64,000 nucleotides of DNA from Ascoidea asiatica JCM 7603 (taxonomy: Eukaryota > Fungi > Ascomycota). The notes below the pieces were generated by a model. The model saw nothing but the letters and a program-made list of their open reading frames with translations. It ran no database searches and was not told the DNA's origin. Where the stretch lies: the NCBI GenBank assembly GCA_001600695.1, contig BCKQ01000008.1, forward strand, positions 161,781-225,780, read 5' to 3'. Of the stretch, positions 21,308-31,476 are shown piece by piece. The first letter of the stretch is position 1. Each line of letters starts with the position of its first letter. Position numbers and translations under genes: made by a program.

Positions 21308-21731
21308 ATAGATATATTCTTTTGACTCTTTTATAAAATATTATTTTACTTTCTTGAAAATTTCCTTTCTTTATAATCATCAGACAATTCATTTTTACTT
21401 GAAAGTCTGTTGGTTGCTTTCTGATACTATTTCTTTTCTTAGGATATGTTCCTGACTTCCATAAATAGACTTTTTATCATTTTAATAAACACAAAAGTTT
21501 TTTACTTCTTCTTTTACACAAAATTAGTTCCCAGTTCTTTTGAAAACTATGAGCTCCAATGAACTGAATAAATGAAATAAACACAACCTGTCGATATTAA
21601 TTGTTCAGCTTTTGCAATAATTATCGAAAAAAAAAGTTGTAGTTAGAAGAAAAACTAAACAAACAAAGATAATAAAAAAAAAATCACAAACTTTTTAAAA
21701 GTCTAAGATACTACAAATCTTAAAAAGATTT

Positions 21732-21738
21732 AAAAAAA
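21732..21738 (-). terminator. RNA polymerase III terminator (T7) of the tRNA gene
   Basis: A7 on the + strand is T7 on the - strand, immediately after the discriminator base. Confidence 0.8.
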
Positions 21739-21811
21739 TGGACGAGTCCGGAGTCGAACCGGAGACCTTCTGCACGCTAAGCAGACGCGCTACCAACTAC
21801 GCCACACGCCC
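21739..21811 (-). tRNA. tRNA-Ala, anticodon AGC, intronless, 73 nt
   Basis: Reverse complement is GGGCGTG TG GCGTAGTTGGTAGCGC G TCTGC TTAGCGT GCAGA AGGTC TCCGG TTCGACT CCGGA CTCGTCC A. Full cloverleaf, G3:U70 Ala identity pair, intact A and B boxes. Confidence 0.97.
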
Positions 21812-22460
21812 AAGTAATTCCATGAGAAGAAGATTCAACATTGAATGTATGGTTGATCATATTTAAAAGATGTTTTATTTAACTCAAGCTGCGAAGAAAA
21901 ACTTGAGTATAATAGGTCACATGACGTATCGCGTTTTTGCGTCCGCAGGGATTAAAATCAAAAGGGAATAATGGAAAAAGAATATCTAAAGAAATCTCCA
22001 AAAGAAATAAATCAAAAGGGATAACGAAGAAAAAGGAAAATCTTTTTATTTACAGTATTTCAAAAAATATGTTGTTTGAAGAATTATCTTTTTTTGGTAT
22101 TATTGGTAGAATTAAGAAACATTTCATGGATGATTGACTATACTAAGAGAAATCTTTTTTTTTAGGTTAGAGACAAATTTTAAGTTAGTTTGATTCTTGT
22201 GAGTACTAACATTATATTTTATCAATAAAATCGTCATAATCACTCATTTCAACATTTATTCAATTTTCATATGTTTGAAGTTAAAAGCTTAACAAAAAGT
22301 TAACATTCACTTAAAGTCATACTCTTTATTTCAAAAACTTGTTTTGTTTTGAAATCAATAAATATTTATGATAATAATTATCATTGGCATAATATAAGCA
22401 AAATTTATTCATACAATCTTGAGATATGAACTTGGATTTTAAAATTTGATATGAATTTTA

Positions 22461-23100
22461 TTGAAGTCTTTTATTGATAAGAATGATGATAAGAGTTTTG
22501 ATAAGAAATTTGATGTGAACTTCATTACAAATTTCATTTGAATTGAGAATATTGATTGAGAATATTAATGGATCATTTAAATTCAAAATTAATTCCAAAA
22601 TAAATTTCAAAATAACTTTAAGATATAATTATTATCATGTATCAGTCATATACATATCGTATATGTTAGTAAAACATTAAAATTTCCAGATATGCTGTTT
22701 ATTCTATTTATTCTATTCCATTTATGGCTACTTTTATGAACTTATTGGGCAAGAAATTTATTATAATCATACATGGAAACTTAATAGAAATTTTTAATAT
22801 TTTATTCTATCATAAGAAATTCATTTTTGGGTTATACTTAACTAAGTTTTGAGTTAAAGCTTACAATTTTTAAATGTAATTGGGTATTGCAAAAAAAATG
22901 GATACCAAATGATACTATTATTCATCAAATGAACTCAAATTGATAATTTTTTTTTAAAGAAGATAAAATATGATACAGCATGTGGAAAGAGATGATGTAC
23001 AGTAGATTGCAAAAAAAGATGCCATGATTACCTAAGAACTCCAATGATTGATAAGAAAAGAAGAAAATTAAATAATACAAAATTTAATCTCAGCTTATAA
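22461..23100 (+). pseudogene. Possible decayed coding sequence of unknown family
   Basis: Protein-like stretches in alternating frames (LKSFIDKNDDKSFDKKFDVNFITNFI; SIYGYFYELIGQEIYYNHTWKLNRNF; KYDTACGKR*CTVDCKKRCHDYLRTPMIDKKRRKL) interrupted by stops and frameshifts. Confidence 0.3.
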
Positions 23101-23432
23101 GCTTATAACACACGTTATTGAATGACATTTAATTATTTTATTGTTTCATATTATATCAAACTAAAATCATATCCATTCATGCTGAGATATACTATACTTC
23201 AGAATATAATTCAAAGTATTCTAAACAATCATTTGAAATTAGTTTGTTTAACTTAATTGCTACGTAGTAAAAAAAATTTCATTTGTTAATCTTATTGAAA
23301 CGCAAATATTCAGTTTATTTGATTGTTATCAATATCATTAAATTATTTTTGTTATTGAATATCAAAGAGAATATTATTTAATTTATAAATTTCATCCAAT
23401 ATATTCCAATAGTTTCCAACTATACAATTAAA

Positions 23433-23800
23433 TGTTGGGTTTGACTTAACATCATAAGGGGATAAAAAAATGAGATCAGAGCAATTGCTTTTCGGCAACT
23501 TAAATTTTGTGGCACTCACATCTTTAATGGTAGATTTTAGCCTACAAAGACAACGATCAAAGACTACAAAATGATTTTTCTGGAAAGGCTCAGACCACCA
23601 ATAATCTATATATCAGAAATCAAAGTATTTTATTATTATTTGATATTATCGTAAGATTTATTATATATCAAATTCTATGGTATATATCATTCGATTTATG
23701 TTATAATACTAGTTAATAATAATTGAGTCCTGATGTTGCATTATTATTATATTGTCGATATCCGTTGGTTGCATGAAGCATATATTGTTTTATACCTACA
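23433..23800. mobile_element. Candidate degenerate solo LTR, 368 bp
   Basis: Begins TGTTGG and ends CCTACA (5/6 inverted match), has LTR-like length and internal TATATA boxes, and lies 1.6 kb upstream of a tRNA gene. The flanking 5-mers TTAAA/TTATC match only 3/5. Confidence 0.3.
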
Positions 23801-25754
23801 TTATCTCTTTTTTTTTTTGTTTCTTCTTCTCTCTTTTTATTTGCTACTTTTTTTCTTTTTGATTTTCCTCTGGCATGAATCTAAGACACTTTGTTGACTT
23901 ATTCTTTGTTATCTTTCAATTGAGCAATTTATTTGAATGTTTACGTCCCGTTTCTAGACTAAGAAATGTAAAATTTCCCAATTTAGATTCCAAGGAAATT
24001 AAGTTAAAGTTGGATTGATGATTAGCTAATTAATATTTATTATTAATTATCAATTATTTTATTAGTTAATTAAGAATTAATCAATTAATAATTAATTATT
24101 AATTTTTATGAATTGATTAATGCAACTATATACGGTATTATTAACTAATTGATATGAGTAATTAGTTGAGATTTCGCAATCTTCGGTGCAGAAACGATCT
24201 TAATAATTTTGCTAATCCCTGCTGTAATTACTGTTTTGATATCCTAGACCTGGCATAACCACACTGGTTTTTATCTGAGACATATTTCTCAAGGACAATA
24301 AGATCCATTCAAAGTGAATACACGCATAAACCCATGAATTAAATGATTGTGTGTTTATTGGACTGTGTACACAGTATTTATTGCATTCAATCTGTATACA
24401 AAACACTGAACACATGAATCTAACTAACATACAGTAAAATATATGTGTAATCTAACAGTTAATCCCAACTAGCGTAACTTTCATGGTCAAATTAAGAGAC
24501 AACACTAGTTAACAAACGTTAATACTGTTTGATTGGCAAGTGCAATACTACTCCTGTTTTTATTCCTTTAATACCTTCAATACTCACAAAACTTATCTTT
24601 TTTTATGTTAACTGAATAAACACAAATCAGGTGAAAATACAAAAGTGGTGTAATATAATATACTTTCGTAAACTTTTTTTCACAATTATTATCAAAAAAC
24701 TCGAAAATATGGCAAGATAACCTCTGAATATTCCAAAAATATAAAATAATAAGTATATCATTGTTTTTATTTAAAAAAAAAAATGAAAAATGTTTACAAT
24801 TCAGAAAAAACCTAAAAATTTTGGTCCTTTGAATTTTCTTCAAGCTAAATGAAATATTTAAAATCAGATAAAAAATCTTTCTTGAAGCCTTTAATTTGAT
24901 AATTGTTCAAAAATTTGAAATAAATTAATGCATTAGAAAGGCCGCTTCTCTTTATCTTTTCCCTCTAGTTATTATACTGTTAGAAATAACTACTTGTACG
25001 TTTGCTTTAAAGCAAATAAAACGAAAAAAACAAAGTAAGGTTAAAATTGAATTCTTTTTGTATATTAAAAACACTATTCCCTATTTATTAAAAGCTGCTA
25101 ACCCTCTTTTCACTTTATAGAACTTTTCTAGAGGTTTGATAATAAATAATGTTTTCGTCTCCTCCTTTCTACTGATACTATTTGACGATTTTCAAAACTT
25201 TCGATAAATCCAGAAGTTTTTTTTAGTTCAAATTGATTCTAGTGGTTTTAAAAAAAAGACGCTAATTGATTTCGAATAACCTGTTTTCATTGGCTGATTA
25301 AACAGGTTAGTTTTTCACCTTACCGAGCTTCCATGTCGATTATCCTTGAAAAAAGTGAACACGAATAACAAGCTTGCTTCTGGTTGCATTCACTTGAGCC
25401 CACGATCTTGAACTTTTGAAATTGGCTCTCGAGATTTCCGAAATTGACATCTTGCATACCACTTGCATTTTTTAATGAATAGCTGCATGTTTTTGGATGT
25501 TTATGCCTAATTTTGGTAAATAAAGTTACAGTTCCTAAAGCTAATTGAATCTTAAGTTGATAATATTTGTTTGTGGATTTAACAGGCATTTTGATGCCAA
25601 TATTTATTTGAAATTGCGTTTAGCGGAATTTCTCTTTGAGCATTTGCATTTAGAGATTATTATTAATAATTATTTTTCAATAATACTTCAATGCTTTATT
25701 TTCAGTACTTTAAATTGTTTTTTACTCAAGACTTAGTGAGTGAATAAAGTATCT

Positions 25755-26100
25755 ATGTCATGTGATTCAACTACTACTGATCATGATCATCTACATTTTG
25801 ATAATATTTTAGAAAAATAATGAAACTTTTGAAATAAATGCTCTTGATGTAATAGAATTTTATCAGAAAGATCTATTATATTTCCCAATAAATTTCTTTA
25901 AAGATCTTGATTTTATGATTGAATGATGTGGAGAATTAAATAAAATTTAAATTTTGGAAAACTTACCATAATATTATTCAAAATTTTAAAAACAGAATAA
26001 ATATATCTTTATTTGAATTGATTGGAAGACAATAGTAATAGTCAATACCAATTAATCTTTTATTGTAATTAATATTCCAAAAACAATTTCTCCAGCTTTT
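25755..26100 (+). pseudogene. Possible decayed coding sequence of unknown family
   Basis: ATG 25755 gives MSCDSTTTDHDHLHFDNILEK*. A +1 shift in the A-run continues NNETFEINALDVIEFYQKDLLYFPINFFKDLDFMIE*CGELNKI*ILENLP*, with host-like codons (GAA, GAT, TTT). Confidence 0.4.
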
Positions 26101-27653
26101 CTCTATTCTTTTCGGTTTTTTCTACTTACCTTTCTGAATTTTCACTCTATTGGTGTATTCAAAATAACTAAAAAATTTAACCAGCTTCCCAAAAATAATT
26201 AAAAATAAAATAAAAGAAATTAAAATTAGAGATTATTTTTTCTGGAAGAAAACTTATTTGAGAAGATAGAATTTCTTGCTTTTTTTTTTTTTTTGGTTAT
26301 GAATCGAATAACATAAGCATGAGTAATTCTATATTGTATTTCTTTATATTAATGAATGCTTAATAACTTTTTATTTATCCCCAGCTTTATATCTTTAAAT
26401 TTCAATTTGGATCTGAATTTGGATTTCTAATTTCAGCTCCAATTTCATTTTTAAATATATTGAGAATATTAAAAATATAAAAAGTGAATAAAAGAATAAC
26501 TAAAATTTGATTTTTTCTATCATTTATAAAAGAATATAATTTTTGAAAATTCAGAAGAGGAAATTTAAAAAAAAATTGTATTTTTTTACAAAATTAATAA
26601 CTTCTATGCGCCATTTTGTATTCATTTCATCTGAATGAAATTTCAAAAATTGTTTCGAAATAATAGTGCACTCTTTATTTTATAATAGATAATAAAAATA
26701 TAATAAGTAATCTATTTACAGTAAATGAAATCGGAAAATTTGACAGTAGCATAAAATATAATAATGATAGTTTTCAAATCTCTGGCGATTCTTTATTGCC
26801 ATCAAAATTATATCAAAAATAAGAACTAAAAAAGGTCAATGAAATAATATATATATGTTACAATATTTGAATCAAGAACAATTGAACGTATTGAATTAGA
26901 GTCATACTTTACTATATGTCAAAATAAAAAATCCGAATTCAATTTTAATTGGCATTTATTTTTCCTATTCGCTACGCTCGTCTAGAAAATTATATTCTAA
27001 TTTTCTTAAACACTGAAGTTTATGGTGAGGTCTGTGAGTAAAATAATGTTAAAATTCAAGAAAATTTCATTTAATTCAATAATATCATTCACTCTCGTAT
27101 TATATCATCATCAATAGCTATTTCATTTCTCTGCTAAAAAAGGTCAGAATATGTCTTTCAAAAAATTTCTTTTTGTTCCTCTTTCAAAAAAAACCAAAAA
27201 TTGAAATCTCATCCGAACTGATTTTGTTTAGAGAAAAAAAAAATTCGGCTAAAACGTAAACAGACAGCTACTCAGTATTTTGCTAAATCGGGAAGGTAGA
27301 CAACAAAATTACCACATGTGGAAAGTAAAGCTCCAACTGGATGATTATACAAGCATTTAAAGAAGTAACTCTGCTTCAAATCTACAAAGAACATACAAAA
27401 GGAGAAAGAGGATAAAAATGCAAAAAAAAAAGAGAAAAAAATAGAAAAAAAAAAGAAACAAAAAAAAAAGGTATATGCCGAAAATAACGCAGTACTAAAG
27501 CAGACGACGTCACTCAGCATTTTTTTGCAATTTAACACCAAGGGTAAGAGAATAAGCAATCAAATCAAACACTTTAAAACTACTGTTTTTGCTGCGCGCA
27601 CGCAGCATTATTTTACGGAGCCAATAACAGTTCCACCGGATGTATAGTAGCGC

Positions 27654-27667
27654 ATAAACATGTTTAC
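27654..27667. promoter_or_regulatory. Abutting inverted forkhead (Fkh1/2-type) sites upstream of ACE2
   Basis: ATAAACA is directly followed by TGTTTAC, and another GTAAACA lies at 27256-27262. ACE2/SWI5 are known forkhead-regulated CLB2-cluster genes. Confidence 0.5.
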
Positions 27668-27840
27668 TATTTTAAGGTTCCAACTTTGCAAAAACCCAAA
27701 GTTTTTACCATGATGCCATGCATTTAAACGCATTCTTTTTGACTTCCTAAAACTATAATGCGCTGTGCTTTACAATACCTCCGACCGTCATAAATTAAAG
27801 TCAAATTCTTTTTGACCTTTATTTTACTCTTTATTTCAAG

Positions 27841-27895
27841 TTGCAAATGATTGCAGTGATTGCAAATGTTTGCAAACTATTGCAATTGATTGCAC
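27841..27895. repeat. Six TTGCA-core units at 9-10 bp spacing
   Basis: ttgcaaatga ttgcagtga ttgcaaatgt ttgcaaacta ttgcaattga ttgcac. Confidence 0.8.
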
Positions 27896-28081
27896 TTTAT
27901 CTTCTTTGGGCTTCGCTTTTGGCTTCAACTGACTACAACTAACCTCAAAACACAAGCATCTCAAGGCTCTTTGCTTCGCTGAGTTGGACTTTATTTGCTT
28001 TCGTGCAAATTTAATGCTTCCGAAATTATTTACATCTTTCTTCAATCGGTAATCTCTTTTTTGAGACCTTTCATACAATTT

Positions 28082-28089
28082 TATATAAA
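28082..28089 (+). promoter_or_regulatory. Candidate TATA box of ACE2
   Basis: TATATAAA at the boundary between the GC-richer upstream region and a G-poor leader, about 380 bp before the ATG. Confidence 0.4.
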
Positions 28090-28465
28090 TAACTTAGTAC
28101 CAGTCCCCTTGACATATTATTTCAATTAGTTTTTGCTACTTTCTAGACCTGAAAAACCTATATAATTCACTAAAATTCCTTTAAGTTGTTCGCAACTCTT
28201 CATTCTTAATTTTATCTTCAAATACATATCAATTTATTTCATATTGCTAATCTCACGTACTATCAACTTCATAAACTATCAATAACAATTTTCAATCCAA
28301 TTCTCACTTACATTATCTTTTACTAACCTAGTTTAATCAAATTCTAAAACACAACCAATATATTCAATAAATTTTTTTATATACATTTCTCAATCTATCT
28401 TTATATTCATATATTTATAAATTTAAAGATTCATAGATTTTCCTATTAAAAATTTAAATTAAATA

Positions 28466-29643
28466 ATGACCACTTTTGAGTCTCCAACTAGAGATTTAAA
28501 TTCTTATACTCATTCCCAGTATCATAATAATTACAGCCCTGATCAAGCTTCAAATATTTCTTCTAATCTTCAATCTGATCCTTTTCAATCTCCAATAAAA
28601 AATCAGTCTAATTTTTTTAATTCTCCCGTTTCTTTAAATGGAAATAATTATTTATTGGATCCACCTTCTTCCAATTTCCAGAATCAAAATTTCATTCCAA
28701 TTTTGAATCAAAATCAAAATCAAAACCAAAATCAAAGTCAGAATTTAGTTCAAAATTTAAATACCAATTTAAACCAAAATTTAATTCAAAATTCAAATCA
28801 AATTTTTAATAATAATTTTAACAATTTTAATAATAATACTACTAATAATAATAATAATAGTAATTTTACTTCTGTTCCAAATCCTCAAGATCTTGATTTA
28901 TTTTTAAATAATTATTCAATAAAATTTGATGCTCCAGAAAATGTAAATCATAATATTAATGAACAACTTTTAAATGAATTAGATGTTTCTCCATCTTTAA
29001 CTGAAAGAGGAGATTTATCAAATGATATAAATATTTTAACAAATTCAATCCAATTTTCACATATTGATTCTAATCAAAATAACCAAGATAATCAAGAAAA
29101 TCAAAAAAAATCAAAAAAACATTCAAGAAGATTAAGTGGAACTGCAACATTTGGCTTTTCAAATCATGATAAAGAATTAAATATTCCGGGCTTAACAACA
29201 AACATAAATCAAAATCAAAATCAAATTCAAATTCAAAATTTTACTAATCAACAAGAGCTTAATAATTTTCAACACCAATTACAACTTCAACAACAACAGC
29301 AGCAACAACAGCTTCAAAGTTTAAATCAAGATGCAAATTCAATTCCTTCTCTTTCTTCAACAATGAAATCTTCTGCCACTAATTTATCACCAAATATAGA
29401 AACCAATTCACAATTGATTCAAAATCCAGTCAGAGTTGAACAACTTCAAAAATTGCAACAATTACAACTTCAATTAGATTTACAGAAAATTCAACTTCAA
29501 CTAGAATTTTCAAACAACCAAAATAGTCAAAATAATCAAAATAATAATAGAATTAATCAAGAAATTAATAATAATAATTATTCTCCCAATAATGCAAATC
29601 CTGCAAACTATAATTTCTCTCCACCCGTTCAACAGCAACAACT

Positions 29644-29679
<36 letters not shown>

Positions 29680-30787
29680 GCAATTAAAACCAGAAGACCA
29701 AATTGTCACAAATAATTTTTCTGCTCAATACCTTTCTGATGTTTCAAGGATAATCAACAATAATAATTACATTCCAAATTATCCAGATGATATTACTCCT
29801 TATTTAAGTAGCTCACTTTATTTGGGCTTTCCTAAAACAGAAAGAGCAATGTCTTCTCCAATTAGAATAAATGAAAGTGAAAATTCCGAAAAAAATTTAA
29901 GAGCAAGAAGTAATAGTCCTTTAAAAAAATCTAAAGGTTTAAATAGTCATGCACCAAATACTTTAAAAATACGATTACCTTCTCAAAAATTCATCCAACC
30001 ATTGTCTTCTCCATCAAATAATACTTTTAATAAAAAGAAAAATTCAACTGTTATAAGGCAATTATCATGGGAACAAGTTGAAGCATCTGAATTTGAAAAA
30101 GGATTAAATGATAAAGAAAATCAAAAACCTAAAGCCAAAAGAAATAAAACTTTTAAAATTTCAACTTTGCCACCTGGTGAAATTGATAGATTTATAATAA
30201 GACCAACTGAAGAAAAAACTTTTATTTGCAATTTTAATAATTGTGGAAAAAATTTTACAAGAAGATATAATATCAGATCTCATATTCAAACACATCTTAG
30301 TGATAAACCTTTTAATTGTCCACATATGTCTTGTAAAAAAGCCTTTGTTAGACAACATGATCTTAACAGACATCAGAAAATTCATCTTAGAGACCAAAAT
30401 GATATATTTTGTGAATGTGGTAAAAGCTTTTGCAGAGTTGATGCTTTAAAAAGACATAAAATCAGAAATATTTGTAAAGGAGGTGTTCAAATTGAAGGAT
30501 TCATCAAAAAACCAGCAAAAAAGAGAGGAAGACCAAGAAAGCATCCAATAAGCCCAGAAGCTGAAGCTGATATAATTGAAAAATTAGACAAAACCAATTA
30601 TCAAAGTACTCATAGTCATTCTGAAGAAAGTGAAGAAGAGGAAGATAATAAAATAAGCTATAATGATAATCAAAATGATGCTAAAATTTTTACCAACGAT
30701 CAGCTTTCAATGGAATTCTCCTTCCCAGAAAATCTTTCTTCTGATTCAAGTCAAGGTGATATTCATCCTCAGGAACAGCATGATTAA
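28466..30787 (+). CDS. ACE2: C2H2 zinc-finger transcription factor, Ace2/Swi5 family
   Basis: STLPPGEID precedes the fingers CNFNNCGKNFTRRYNIRSHIQTH, CPHMSCKKAFVRQHDLNRHQKIH and CECGKSFCRVDALKRH..RNICKGG. The Cbk1-site/NES motif HSRRLSGTATFGF is at 29120-29158. Confidence 0.93.
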
Positions 30788-31476
30788 CTTCAAAGATAAT
30801 AATAGGATAATTGTTTCATAGATTTGTTTTCTCTTTCTTCTCCTTACTTTACATTTCAATTTTAGGATATATTCTCGTTGGTTTAATTCGAACATTTGCA
30901 GCTTTATTGTACATTGATATAAATTTTTTTTCACCGTTTCACTTCTTTTCACTTCTTCAATTTCTTATATGTGTTTATGTTTTCCTTAATTGAGAACTCG
31001 TTTTAGAAACACTTTTCTTTAATTTGTAAGATATTTTAAAAGTTATTTTTTTCCTCCTTTTTTTTTTGGGTATGATTTCTATGATTAATCTTTTATATTA
31101 TTTTTCTTCTTTTTGTTTTACTTTATTAGACTTTTATAATTTTTTTCATTGTTTTTATAAACACTTTGAGAAACCTTGATCCAAGGTGTCTCAAGATTTT
31201 TAGCTAGCATTACACGTATACAAATAAACATTTATATCAATTCCAAAAAGCTCTGTGTTTACAGTCAAGTCGAAAATATTTAGTTTACAAGTTTTATTTA
31301 GATTAAATTAAATATATTAAAGTGATTAATATCATTATCACAAAAAAGAAATGCACAAAAATTAAAGGAAAAAAAACGAGTCCTTTTTAAAACTAAAAGT
31401 TAAATAAAACACTTAAGTGAACAAAAAAAAAATAAAAACGGTTAAAATAATGTAATAAATTAAATAAAAGAAGAGT

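Noticed and set aside
25320-25589. 89-aa ATG-initiated minus-strand ORF
   Set aside because: No recognisable motif and atypical codon usage; cannot be distinguished from chance.
22461-26100. Stops in the relics as evidence of RIP-like C-to-T mutation or a TAA=Gln code
   Set aside because: Every stop codon is one C-to-T change from CAA/CAG/CGA, so the pattern is uninformative without an intact copy. Neighbouring genes use TAA as a normal stop.
28321-28331. TACTAAC followed by TAG in the ACE2 leader as a 5'-UTR intron
   Set aside because: No convincing donor between the candidate TATA box and this site.
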